Positions 40,701-52,640 of a DNA stretch of 64,000 bases are shown one piece after another. Within the stretch, counting starts at the first letter, position 1. Each line of letters opens with the position of its first letter. The position numbers and the translations under genes were made by a program. The DNA comes from Phoronis australis (Eukaryota; Animalia; Phoronida). Location of the stretch: NCBI GenBank assembly GCA_002633005.1, contig NMRA01000355.1:7571-71570 (forward strand), written 5' to 3'. The notes beneath the pieces are model-generated. The model did no database searches, was not told the DNA's origin, and saw only the letters and a list, made by a program, of their open reading frames with translations.

Positions 40701-43700
40701 AAAGCCAAGCATCCAAAATGTTATACCGCCAAACACGACATCGGCAACATTTTTGATCATGATGTTAACCTCGTTCTTGAGAGATACGCTCCCCGATTCT
40801 AACAGACCAAAACCTGGAAAGAGAACAAATAAATCTGAATGCAGTTTACTGTATATGATGCATAAAGACACTTTCTGTGTGTGACCATAGATTATAGTAC
40901 ATGGACCGCCGACCCCGTATATTTTCAATGGGCGAATTAGGTGATCTTACGCATATGCCGTGACGTCATTATTCACTAGCGAGACATGGCAGATATAGCA
41001 CGCATTTCTTCCGGCAAGTAAGTCGTCTGCTAATCATGGTTATTTCGTCGGGATTTGAATCGGCGATTTTGCCAAACTCACATCCGCGTTTCGATAAATT
41101 GAACGCTCTTAAAACGTTAACATTTCAAATGAACATATTAATACTCCAGAAGTACCCACGACGCCTACTCAAAAACCAGTCTCGCAATTCAACAGTAGTT
41201 TACTTGACGTTTCATTTTAAGCTCGAATGCAGGCCAGTGCCAGTCAAAATTTCCGGACTCTACGTTTGGAAGACCTTCAGTTAGGTTTCAATGCTGAAAT
41301 AATTTTTTCGTTATACTAGACAGTGAAATACATGAAAGAATTTCCCGTCCCGATACACCGACCATAACATGAGCTCGCTATGTTCAGAGGGTGGCGCCTG
41401 CTTGGGAAATGTCGGGGTTGCGAATCTGTTGTCTACAATCTATTGTGTGAATCTGATAATACAAATGAAAGAGCTTTTAAGCTCTAATTTCAAAATTAGG
41501 AGCAACTACAGTGCATAAGTATTGCACACGTAACCATTATTCACAAGCGGACTCTTCTTCATTTTGTGAGTAAAAAACTGACCTGGAACCTTGGTCTAAT
41601 TTTACAAAATCATTGTAACTCTACTACTATTTTTCTGCAGAGTCTGAATTGAGACTTGCCTCAAACCTTACATCAAGTCTTCGCACGCGTAAACTTACTA
41701 CTAAAGTGTTCAGATGAACAATGCCGCGTACTTTTTTTTTCATTCACAACTGAGCTTTTGCAAAAGTATACGAAACTTTTCCTTTTAGTCTTTTTCGTCG
41801 TATCCCGCTGAATCGAGGCTGTTTTACTTAATTTCGATACCATCGTCTGCTCGCACATTTCAATTCACCGTCGCTGCAGGTTGACTCGTAACGTAAAATC
41901 TGCTTTTTGCAATACAGTCGTTACCTCAATTTCTGCAAAGCAGCACAGTTTCCATCGTTATTTTCCAATGCTCGTTTTATACACATTTTTAATAATTAAA
42001 ACCAAAAACGTTACCAGAATGAGAAAAAATAACGAAGTATAATAATGAAATCCTTCATGTTGTAATTGGCTTCATAATTAACTAATTATTTGGCCAATTC
42101 AGTGTAATGTCAATTAATTTATTGTCTAATACTAACCCCATAAAGAGTTAAACCAGATAAATTAAAAATGACTAGTTAAATAATTTAATTTATTCGAAAA
42201 ATTAAAGATTTAGAATATGAATCAGGCAATTAGAGTTTCCATATATAAATTAGTCATTCATTCATTCAAAATTATATATATATTTACATATTAATGAGAT
42301 TTGGTGCCGTTTGATACAATTTCGCTCCTTCAGTGAAAACTCAGGATGCAGTGCCATGTACACATATATCATATACTAATTACTACAACAAACTAGTACA
42401 TGTATGTGAAACTGGCAGATGAGGGTTTTCTGGTAGTAAAAATGGGCAAACATGTATTCAGTAACTTTGTTTTGGACAACTCATAACATTTGTTTTAGTG
42501 TAAGATTTCCCAAAGAAATTTAGACACGAACTCATTTATTCAGAAACTAAAAGTTAGTGATCCTAAGACTAGTCGTGTGTGTTGCCGTAAAAAATAAGTT
42601 AGAAAATTCGGAACACAGTTTTACGATTGCTTTGTTACTAAAAATATTGGACTCCGGAAAATAACGGGATAGAATGTTGACTAATAACTAGTTTTGACGA
42701 AAGTACATGTATGGAATGAAAACCTCTTGGATTTCGACATCCGTCACTTTTTCCACCTTTTCTCGTTCCCTGTCGAACGACTTTGAAATTAGGAACACGA
42801 CATTTCGAAAACAGTTTGATCAAATTCAATGAAACTTCCCAATGTTATTATTTGCTTATCGATCTTGAAAATGTTTTTAGCAATTTCAGAGCTTGGCGTG
42901 CATTTTCGTTTTAGTAAGACATCTACCATTACAAGAATTCTTTTTCATTTACTTAGGCTGTTTCTCTAAGTTAATTTAGCTTTTTAGTAAAGCCAAGCTA
43001 AACAAGAAATAAAAACCCAAACAGTGTTTTGCAGACCAAATATGAAAACTTCAAATGCACATGTATATGGTTTGATTAAGGTCAATTTACGGGTCCTTTT
43101 GCTATCGGTGTACCTTTCAAACTAAAAGGATGACTTAAAACATGTGTACGTGAAAGTAGAACCGGCATACTGGTGACAATTATATTTTCCGAATTCCTTA
43201 CAGTTTCCTGTTATTTTTGAGAATTGAGTTAGAGTGGAGGTCACTAAATAAGGTTTCCCATAATTCCAAGCCCATTCAGGACGTACTCAGACTCTAGATC
43301 TTTTCTCAAGTTGCTACGGAAGCCTTTGATGCGATAAAACAAGAAAAACAACAATTAAGCGAATGTTGAAACCTAGCGACTTCTACAGCCCAATCAACTA
43401 AATTGAAGGTGTGAAAAAGATCAGTGTTGTCTGAATTTTTTTTTCAACATGCACTGGTCCAAGGTTTCGCACTTCATTCTCTATTTTATATTTCCGTGTT
43501 TTCCGTATATGGGGAGGGGAAAACTTATTGCCCCCAGTCTATAATATTTACCCTCATAAATATAATTCAATATTCCAATTTATTATTATCCGCGTACAGT
43601 ATACGAAGTGTCTTGAGTAACGACTGAGTCTGTTGACAAGTAAATCAATGTGCATGCGTCATCATGGAAAAACGGTTCACAGATCATTGCGTTATACATG

Positions 43701-44107
43701 TTGCATTTCGCTTTGCATTGCACGCAAAGAGGTAAGGTGACAGTCCTGCAAGCTGAAAAATTACCAGCTAACTGAAAGTTATGGCCGCCTGGAAATGCTT
43801 TGGTCGATTGAAAATATTCGATACAGCATGAAACCGAATAAAAACATAATCCGTCATGTTGACGTTTACTGATCTTTTATACTAAAACTTAAGTAAGTCC
43901 AACAACCAACACGACGATTTCAGTTGTTTAAAATTGTCATCCATGCGCTTTGTCAGCATTTATTTATACTGGGACAAAAAATTTACCTGACTGCATGGTA
44001 AAAATGACGAAGGAACTCGTCAGGATCCAAGTAGCGTCATCCCAGCTGATGTGCGAGAAAGGCGAGTCTCGTCGAACGAAAGTGGCAGATATTTCCGACG
44101 AGTTCAT
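22100..44107 (-). CDS. AMT: Ammonium transporter (Amt/Mep family, invertebrate Amt3-like); complement(join(22100..22750,26596..26730,29605..29786,35814..35890,39615..39746,40258..40813,43987..44107)), 617 aa
   Basis: Seven exons with GT-AG sites and compatible phases sum to 1854 nt. Amt signatures are present: WDDATWILTSSFVIFTMQSGFGLLESG, FFFQMSFATT, PAHWIW, DVAGAGPVHLVGG (His1), WWGWLGFNCGST, VDDPAGVIPVH (His2), GLFKGGGFYLLGVQ and the C-terminal GMRVSLGDEILGADWCEHG. Confidence 0.95.
25960..26245 (+). repeat. Dispersed repeat (pairs with 44980-45255)
   Basis: Shared ttgcgagat.catgcgacgg.cgtaagcgcgt.gcatggt and aaagaaaaacaaag blocks. Confidence 0.8.
26596..26730 (-). CDS. AMT: Amt exon 6 (last TM helix)
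   Basis: ctccatag|EDILSLTYGRRGLFKGGGFYLLGVQALTIIVVSTWTAITSFLLLK|gtatac; 135 nt, phase 0-0. The ORF track shows this stretch only in a wrong frame. Confidence 0.93.
26923..28596 (-). mobile_element. Internally deleted Kolobok-type DNA transposon (1674 bp) in Amt intron 5
   Basis: TTAA on both sides (26919-22; 28597-600). 12-bp perfect TIR AGGAGAATGCCA/TGGCATTCTCCT with AG...CT termini. Frameshifted THAP on - from ATG 28434 (VPTCPNYEAAKKSGISFFRLPRE..RKW...LRVCGRHFVDSDF) meets a + strand KolX-like start (GYQFEREYTDQEI). Confidence 0.85.
29605..29786 (-). CDS. AMT: Amt exon 5
   Basis: ttgcttgtag|(G)CCALVHPWESFIIG...VDDPAGVIPVHLMASVWGLLSIGLFPEE|gtgaga; 182 nt. Confidence 0.94.
35540..35735 (+). 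repeat. Dispersed repeat (pairs with 11185-11370)
   Basis: Shared blocks with 11185-11370. Confidence 0.7.
35814..35890 (-). CDS. AMT: Amt exon 4
   Basis: ctaatttcag|(S)FFVKKRKFDVSFMIHSILGSLVSVT(G)|gtaagt; 77 nt, phase 2-1. Confidence 0.9.
38768..38922. mobile_element. Short MITE with CAGTGGCGGAT...ATCCGCCCTG termini
   Basis: Imperfect terminal inverted repeats. Related ends occur at about 4660-4672, 30714-30726 and 47955-48285. Confidence 0.65.
39615..39746 (-). CDS. AMT: Amt exon 3
   Basis: ctccaacag|(W)WGWLGFNCGSTYGISQGRWKIAARAAVATLCSSMAGGVSGFGI(S)|gtaaat; 132 nt. Confidence 0.94.
40258..40813 (-). CDS. AMT: Amt exon 2
   Basis: tctctttccag|(G)FGLLESGSVSLKNEVNIMIKN...NSLLGMFML(W)|gtaagt; 556 nt. 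Confidence 0.96.
43987..44107 (-). CDS. AMT: Amt exon 1
   Basis: MNSSEISATFVRRDSPFSHISWDDATWILTSSFVIFTMQS(G)|gtaaat; in-frame TAA upstream of the ATG. Confidence 0.92.
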
Positions 44108-44979
44108 TGTCTGCTCACGTCTTGGTCTTTTTAACAAGTACACTTACAACCGAAGACCCATTATCTCACTCTACCACATATCCAGCACGCATCCACTTTC
44201 CCTGATTAATAGATTTCCACTGCGCAGACAATAACAGATGACTCGATACTCAGGGCAACTAGAACGCGAGTCACGTGATCGGCCACAGTTGCCAGTTTGA
44301 GTTTTGATTACCACAGGCGTTAGAATGTCATTACAAACTGTTAAATTTGATAATCGTTTAATTTTCGATTTTAAACTAAGATTAGTTGCACGCGTTTTAG
44401 TGAGTAACATCAAAATTAAGACGTACGGGATTTACAGATGTTTCAAACACGTAAAGTGGCCACATATGAGATTTCCTCCATACAAGACAGTGTTAGTTTG
44501 GCCTCCTTAGTTTTACATGTAGGTATAACAAGACAAAAGAAAGCTTGTCATCGAAATAGATACGTGTCCCAACATAATATTAAAATTAGCAAGGAACGTA
44601 CTTACGCCATCTCTTTTAAAAGGGAGTATTGTCTTTTCAAAGTATTTTGGTGTATTTGAAATATTTATTTACTACCCACGCAACCGACTCTAAAGACAAC
44701 AGCCTCGAGTCGTCTACACTTGCTGTTGAGGAACCACTGGAAACAGTTACAAATACCATAGAATTTCTTCTCGGTTTGTAGGGTTATGAGAAAAGTCCAT
44801 TTCCCTCTTCAATCATTACCAAAAATATATTTCTTACTGACAACATATATGTTTGTGTTCTAAGTGATTACTTAGGTAACAGGTTATAGCATAAAAAACA
44901 ATTTTCTGATTTTTCGTTTGAATATCCTACTTATATATGCTTGTAGATGACGTACTTACTGCCTTAACAACAGGCTGTC

Positions 44980-45255
44980 ACATGCAAAATGTTGTCGTGT
45001 GGATTTCGCAAGCTATTGTTTAACTTGCGAGATCCATGCGACGGGCGTAAGCGCGTGGCATGGTCATCGCCTTTGGAACGCTGCCATTGTTTCCCTTTGT
45101 TGGGTCGTTGTTGGATATAACAATACAGATCGCACGGATATCGTACATTGGGCGCCCGTCAGTCGGTTCTCGCCCTTATCTCCATCATAAGAAAGAAAAA
45201 CAAAGAGCACAGTAGATATGCCCGTCTAGCGATATGTATACGACGTGATTGCGCC
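44980..45255 (+). repeat. Dispersed repeat (pairs with 25960-26245)
   Basis: Shared blocks with 25960-26245. Confidence 0.8.
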
Positions 45256-47024
45256 CCAGATCCCCGTTTCGATCTCTCTTTTCAAACAACCCATCTCTTA
45301 CAGCAGAATGATAATCCGCAATTTTGTGCCTCGTATCGAATATTTAATTTGGTTTAATAAACGTACCAATTCACGTGCAATTTCGGCAATGCTTGTGGGC
45401 CCGAGACTAAGATACAGTGTACATTGAAAGCGATATTTTTGAAAAATACATTGTGTTTCAGGATTGTCAAAAAGCTCGGATATCTCAACTCGTGTCTATG
45501 AAACCTAGGGTACAAGAACATGTCTTGTCTCCTCTCTTGGAAAGGGGCCAGAAGTGAAATTCTGATTAGAGGGAGAAGAATGCCGTTTCGCGTTTGTTGT
45601 AGTTTTGTGGACGTCACAAGACAAACGGACTTGGTATCAATTAGCCGTTATTAGATTTCATTGCTGTGAATTACGTATTTTAGATGTCCTGAAACAGAGC
45701 GGTAATAAGGGCTTTTGTTGAACAATATTGACGATTACGATGAGATCAGCTACTCGAACTACGATCTTAATGCTTAATGACGGTTCTAAAATAAAGTTTT
45801 CAAGGAGTATGAAGGCTTGTCATTTGTAAGCACCTTGTCCCGCTCCACCGTTAGTGACATGACTGCTTTTGAATTAAGATTTGACATTGTCTTTAAGAAG
45901 GGCGTATTAACCAGCGATCTTTAATGAAATAGCACGTCGCTTCTCGATTGTTTATGTTTTTATTTTACCGAAGTCTAAAACCTAAGTCTAAGGTCTAAAA
46001 CCACTCTGAGAGCCCTTGTAGCTCCCAAAACAATTAAACCATGGGGAGCTTCATATTCCATGGCAATTCTTTTTCAGCGGATTGTTTGGGCATGCGCAAT
46101 ACCATTATCCACGCCAGTATTTTTTTTGCGTAATGGTGTCTCGACATTTGTCACCACATAAACGTATCCGACTGCAAGAGCACCAAGGCCGTAAAAACGG
46201 AAGTTTCCCTACAACTACGGAATTTCCTCAGCGGGATACTTCGTAGTTGCCTCTTGACCTACTGTTTCTGTAATAGGTACGGTACAGATCACGCAATAAC
46301 ACAACAGATTAGTTAAGGTCATCTTACAGTCTTGGTACATCTATGTAAAAGGGTAATTTAAGGTTGAGAACAAGTAGAGGCCATGATTCATGTATAACCA
46401 ACAAAAAAGAACTTGCAAGTACTCTATTAATTCACCGTACTTCATTTAGCAGGCAATTTTGCACTCGAACCTTTGTATATAAATGTGGTACATGCCGAGG
46501 CAAAGAACAATACTTTGTGAAACCTCCTCCATCTGAACACCAGACAGAACTGATTGTAAGGTCAGTTCTAAACTATGCCCAACAGCAAGTACGAGCCATT
46601 TATTACATTAATCCAAAACTGTTAAGTAACGTCACAAGACCAGTACACATGGACAACAGATTGTTTTTGGTCTAAGCAAAAAGTGCGCAATGAGCTATCA
46701 ATTACGCCAATCTTGCATAAAAATTCGTTACAAACTATAATTCTGTGAACCGGCCTAAACTGAAGCCATCTCTGAGAAACATCTTCGGTTAAATAATAGA
46801 TGTAGGAAAAAACATTGCACCACCATTCTGTAGTATCCGAGAGGTTTTATTAATGTTTCACTCCACTTCGTTCGACGCTTTGTTTTTTTCACAATTTTGA
46901 GAGACATTAACATGGTAAACTTCTTTTACTCCTTTGAAATTTCCCAAAAATAACCTCGATGTATCGTGGACGACGCGGCATACTTACTTGATGCCTTCCC
47001 TCTCTAAGTTGACTCCAGTTAGCA

Positions 47025-47480
47025 TATAATGAGCTTCGTAGACCATAAAATAAAGTTAATTGAGGACTAAAGACAAATTTCTAGATAAACTCCTTATAAT
47101 TAAGGAAATTAACATCAGAATTAAGTAAGTCGTGTACATGAGTTATGCCTGTTTGAAAGCATTGTAATTTTAATAGAAAACACGCTTGTTATCTATTAGT
47201 ATACAGTATTCGAATTAAACCATAGACGAGGCTGATGAATGCCATCGTTTTCGGAAACTTACAATCTGAATTCATGTACACATTGAAATACCTCTTTCCA
47301 AAACGCATTAGAAGTGATTTGTGACATCTTCGTGAAATAGAAATACCGGAACAGTAAGTAATTCTTTGAAACTCTTGATAACATGCCATTTGCTAAAACT
47401 GTCAATGGATTTGTAGCACTTTGACAAAGTTGTCTCCAAAACCAAGTTAATTTAATTAAATCAGTTCTTAGCCACAGTAA
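47025..47480 (-). mobile_element. L1/Tx1-type LINE ORF2 remnant (post-RT region)
   Basis: Frameshifted reading: NAFWKEVF...LWFNSN..LIDNKRVFY...GITHVHDLLNSDVNFLNYKEF..KF...LFYGLRSSL. This matches the N-x-FW / LW-x-N / GI-xxx-DL / EF-xx-K / Y-GL pattern of L1-Tx1 ORF2. Confidence 0.7.
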
Positions 47481-47525
47481 GATTAAAAACCGGACGATCG
47501 CCGCACAAATGAAGAAGTTCATGAT

Positions 47526-47570
47526 AAATTAACGTTTCGTCTATTCGATAGACAGCATCAGGATATTTAC
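47526..47570 (-). ncRNA. Degenerate minimal hammerhead ribozyme core at a Penelope-like 3' end
   Basis: Minus strand: CTGATG(C)T-GTCTAT-cga-ATAGAC-GAAACGTT, i.e. a CUGANG box, a perfect 6-bp stem II and GAAAC with palindromic AACGTT. A9 is replaced by C. Confidence 0.5.
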
Positions 47571-47699
47571 ATGGGACAACAAGTGCCAACATACATGTCA
47601 GGTGTCATCCATAAAGTGAAGTGAGAGACACAGAGTAAGCAGTTGCTGGTAATCACCATAGTTGCAGAGTATCAGTAGCATGCTGATTCTGAATGGTCA

Positions 47700-47952
47700 G
47701 TGACTCTTAAATGTACAGTGATTCCTTATTAGTTTCACTGCAGATAACACTAACTGAATTGGCTTGGTGATTGTTGTTAACACAATGCCTATATATGTTG
47801 CTTTTCTCTGAGGTGTGATGTTCTCCCAGCCTGTCACATAGGCGTCTCTGTGTGAGTCCAATATAGAATTCCTTACAGTTGTCACATTCAACCTTATAAA
47901 CAACAATGCTCTTGTTCAATAAAGGGATGGGTGACTTCGGTTTACATAGCAT
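47700..47952 (-). mobile_element. Penelope-like element GIY-YIG endonuclease remnant
   Basis: LCKPKSPIPLLNKSIVVYKVECDNCKEFYIGLTQRRLCDRLGEH...SNIYRH...NH: VVY-x-CxxC-YIG-T-R-L-R-EH signature with the PLE CCHH residues. Confidence 0.88.
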
Positions 47953-47954
47953 AC

Positions 47955-48285
47955 CAGTGGCAGATTAAGGGTGGCCAAGGGGGCCATGCCCTCCCTAACA
48001 TTCTACCAAATACCATTTGGCAGTTTGGCTGTTCGGGTGCGAATTGCTGACTAGCACGTGTGCGCAACCAGGCGGGAGGCTGGGGTTGAATAAACAATGC
48101 TTAGACCCTGTCTTTGTCCTGCCCAAATCCCGTATACCGTTTTTTGGTTAGTTAAAAGGTCCGTAAACCCAAAAATTCGAGACCCCTGCATCCCTACATT
48201 TTAGGCTGAGCGCACGCATCTATCGAAACTGTGGTTATTCCTGTGCCCTGACCCCCCTTAACCCAAAATCCTGGATCCGCACCTG
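47955..48285. mobile_element. MITE (CAGTGGCAGAT...ATCCGCACCTG) abutting and truncating the GIY-YIG remnant
   Basis: Imperfect TIRs; shares the aaaatcctggatccgc end with 38768-38922. Confidence 0.6.
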
Positions 48286-50612
48286 CACACTGGAAATTTT
48301 CCGAGGAGGTTTGAATGTCTGGTGTTGAGAAAGGAATGTCTAAGTCACTAGATGGAATTTGATGAGGTGGTCGCTGAGGTTCAGAAAACCAAACGTCGTG
48401 CCCATACATACATGTAGGTTAGAATTTTGTTGTTCATGCCCCAACCAAGGAGAACGCTTCCCCCTCCCCACCTGGTATTTGGGTCCGCCTTAGCAAGCCG
48501 AGTATACATGCAAATCTTTTTACCTATATTCTTTAATTAACTCCGTATTGGTCTTACACAAACATGGTTTTCGCTGAAATCAAAGATTGTCAGCTGGCAT
48601 TAAGTGCTCGAGAAAGGTTGTCATCTAATACCAAATAGGGCACATATACGATTTCAGTACTGCCGGCAGCTTTGTGGTCATCGCTCAAGTTACAAGCAAG
48701 GGGCTCATTTCTGTGGTCTTACCGATAAAAAGCATATAGCTACAGACCTGTGCACGCACCACATTACGGAGGTCGTCACTACGTGATCTCCTGACCGCGC
48801 GACATTAAGGTGTTGAAACCAGTGCAGTTCAGCGTCAGCGACCGCTTAGAGTTAAAGCACATTTAAACCATTTAAACCACGGCAGAGTTGCACTCTACTC
48901 CATTGGCAACGTCACAGGCTACCTGTACATTGTAATATAAGTTAATTTGTGATTTAATTTGCTCCAGGCTTGTGATTCGGAGATGAGCAGAGTCGCCGAA
49001 GACATTACCAGAATGTTTGATTTTACAACACTTAAATACGAGTACCTTCACTAGTTATTTGATTTTCCATCATACTCCTGACTCGTAAAGCATGCAAAAA
49101 TCCACAATAGTGAGAAAAACAAACTGCCTATTCTTGAATAACCGCAATAGATTCATGTAGCGATAACGTGCACCGTATAATTATTTTCTTACTGAGCGAT
49201 GTCTATATTTCCAATCCTTACAGCGTTGATATGATGATGATACTTCTTTAAACTTTTCTCCCGAAACAAAATCGTGAAATGGTCCCCAAATCTTCTTTTT
49301 CTTTAAGTAATACATTTCACATAAGCCTAAGATTTGTCTCAACTTCCAAACTTTGAAACTTCCCAATCTGGTAAGAAAGTCAAAATTAAGCGAAAAATTC
49401 TATGAAAATTTTATGTCAAACTTATGATCTCTTTCTTAAAACGGACTTGAGTCAAATTTAAGTTTTATTTTCTTAAAACTAAACTGAAATTTAAGATTTG
49501 TCTTAGCTATGACAATGGTCTCAGGTCAAAGTTAATAACTTCAAAATCTGTTCTATAAAACAATTCTAAAATTGTGTTTCAGACAGTCAATTCCAAAATT
49601 GCATTTTTGACCGTAAAACCGTATAAAGTCTCTTTAAACAATCATTATATGTCAGAGACAAATTGTGATTTGAAAAAGTACATTCTAATCGGATCTATTA
49701 CACGATTGAGATTTTCCAGAGAACGTTTCAACATGTTACAAGTTGGTAACCTTGCTTTTATCGTTTCCTATCGGAATTATTAATTGCGCCAAGGATGCGA
49801 CAGTGCTTTGAGGATTTCAAAGCTTCTTATAAGAGTTACCGGATTATAAGCAATTCCACTACCGTTTGCTCATCGATCGATTCGAGATTTGGAATGATAA
49901 CTGAATCAGAATAGTAAAAAATCGATACAAATTCAAACTCCTGCTTACATTCCCACCCATGGAAACTGTCTGTTGCGAGTTGACACCAACCATCTGTATG
50001 GCAACAACTGTATTCCCAGTTCTTGCGGATATTTCACGCGCAATTGAGTTGTGTGCTAATAGCTACATATACATGTAGGTTGCTCATTTACAGGTAGATA
50101 TTAAAAGATTATTGAACACGTATGTTTTACCCTTGCGGTTTTGTCACGCATCGTACCCCCAACAGGCATTCGTTGCATAAAACACAAACATTGATTAGGC
50201 CTGGTTTTCAGCAATAAATGAACTGCCGTAAACATGTTCTACTAAAAAGCTTCCATTAAAGACTAATATATATTTTTTGAGAAACTTCAGGTAATACCTC
50301 CATTTAAAAAAGTAAACATTAGTTTCACGGGGTTAAGTTTTTTGGTGAATTTTGTATTTATTGGAGGGCTGATCAAACGTGTTGTCCAGACTTCAATACG
50401 CGATTGTCACACCCAAAAAAATAGTTGGCTGGACTCAAAGCACGATGGCCGTGCTATAACCAATTGAGCGGTTCTCAAACACCACGGCTGACTACCTCAG
50501 AGACTCCTTTAAAAAGTCTCGAAGGATTCAAGAGACTTCTAGTGCTTATTTTTCGTACCCTATTGTTTCTTTTGTTTTAAATCGGCGTTTTGTTCGGTCA
50601 TAGTTTTGGAGA

Positions 50613-50765
50613 ACAGGCCGTTGCTTAAGGTCCAGTCAACCACTTTTTGGGTGCGGCCATCAGGTTTTGAAGTACCGACCAACCCGTTTTGAGGTCCGAC
50701 CACAAAGTTAGTGACCTGCAGCTGGGGTTTGCAGTCCAGGCAGCTGGTTTTGAAGTCCGACCAAT
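50613..50765. repeat. Putative MITE end with subterminal gt(c/a)cgacc repeats
   Basis: caggccgttgcttaaggtcc followed by gtaccgacc, gtccgacc, gtccgacc; the partner end was not confidently located. Confidence 0.3.
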
Positions 50766-52049
50766 TGTTGATTCCACCTCTTTGTGTACATTTTGGCAGA
50801 ACGGGTTTGTACGAAGAAAATGTACAGTGTGTATGTAAGTAAAAATCAGCCTCAAATTCACGGCGCAAACTTAGCTTAGACAAATGTTCTTCAAAGTGAA
50901 AGAAATGAACTGGGAGGACAAGGAATCCCGTGAACACTACAAATTTGTGAAAGACCAATCCAGAACATTGTCAGTTAATGCCACCCTACCCGTTAGTGCA
51001 GACGAATCACCGGCCATCTGGTTTCATTAATAATGAGATTGATGGCATTTGTCGTAATCCCTGTAATTGGGCAAATGAACATTCTTTTTGCTGTCCAGTA
51101 TCTATGCAGGTGTCTGAAAAATTAATGTTTACTGGCGTTTTGTGGTATCATGTACCCACCCATTGCGTACCACCACGTCTGAGCATAAAGCCAGTACCCA
51201 GAAATTGCCAACACCCCTCCGTAAATAAACGCTCATGATCTACCTCTTGTCGAGGCAACACGTACACTGTAACCCTTCGTCAGGCAGTAAAGGGGGTAGA
51301 ACACCCCGGTTCTGTCCTTGTACCAAACTCATTCTCGTGCATTTTGTCGGGCGGTTATCCAAGTCCGTTCACCGAATAAAAGGTTTTCACCTCGTCAAAA
51401 ATATATTTAATATTGTCTTTTTAAAAGCAAATACTTTCTTCAAAAATCCTTTCTGGGTCTATGCATATCATCGATGACGTGTGTTCACGTGAATTACATG
51501 TAAGACGCCTTTGGAGAAACATTCTAATTCGGTCCACCTTGATGGTCGCCGTGCGACATAACTACACTGTAATTAAATTGACCTCACCTGAATTAAGACC
51601 CCAACTACAGAGAGACTGGGTAGAGGAATGACCGGACAGCTGACCCTTGCTAAATGTAGTACGTGAAGATATCCCGATTTGTGTCATAGGTTGCTAGTAG
51701 TGACGGTGAAGTAGCTTCATACGCCGGAAGCTTTTAGGCGAATTTTGCTTTACACTGATCAAAACTTCAAAGTCGTGATGCGTTATAAGAACCTTTTTAC
51801 GAGTAGAGGGACATCTTAGGAGGCCGTCGATGTCTTTAATTCTGTCCAAGTAAAACAAATGATCCCGCTCTCAAAATCGGAAACGCCGGGGTTTATGATA
51901 TACCACCTGACACGCTCAGTGTTAAAATGGAATTTTTAATAAGGGATTCTGTTTTTAAGTTCAATCCATACTGTATATTAACTCTCGGGGACGTTCGAAA
52001 CCCAACTAATTATAAATGTATATAATTTCCGTTCATAAAAGTCTTGTCA

Positions 52050-52640
52050 GGATTTATTCATTGCTGGCTTATCAAAACATTTGCACTCTGGAACACTCCA
52101 AGGCAATATAAATTGTATCTAATGAGACAGACTTTGTTTACATTTTACATAAGTATTGGTTAGGGTGAGGATAATTCCTTTTTAAACATAACGCACAATA
52201 ATAAACGTCAACTCGCAATCCCGACTTAGATACATGTAAGTGCTCATCCGGGGAAGACTTCACAGGTTGATCGATAGGTTTTACAGGCTCGAACAGAAAT
52301 ACACTGATCAAGAAATAATTGAGAGAATCCGTGAACGTGCACAGACAAAGGGACATACATGTACATGTATGGATAGTTCCGAAAACCGTTTGAATGACTT
52401 GTCATTGTGTGAGGGAGCTAACTGCACCATAATGGAAACGACTGAAGCCTGCGTTTGCTGCCACGGAATTCCGCAGAAGAAGCGCAGAATGTGTCTCACG
52501 GACCCTCCTGATTTCGCACCGCATCTAAACAGAGGTGTGCTTATGACGTTTTTTGTAGCTGACAAAAAGAACTGGCGAAAACTTCCTACACCCAGAAGAC
52601 CAAACAGAAGTCTCACGAACAAGTCAGTCATGAAACAGGT
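52050..52640 (+). mobile_element. Kolobok-family fragment encoding a KolX / P2X7-ballast-like Cys-rich protein remnant
   Basis: DNA aligns with 27865-28199 and with the reverse complement of 59825-60100. It encodes YTDQEI...RLNDLSLCEGANCTIMETTEACVCCHGIP...MCLTDPPDFAPHLNRGVL. Confidence 0.75.

Noticed and set aside
40814-40928. N-terminal part of the 224-aa ORF (MKIYGV...)
   Set aside because: Intronic; Amt similarity starts at the ttccag acceptor and the true first exon is 43987-44107.
2632-40968. Several perfect CRE palindromes (TGACGTCA) suggesting PKA/CREB feedback
   Set aside because: They are scattered through intergenic DNA, introns and even exons, with none clearly at the RII promoter, so there is no positional evidence.
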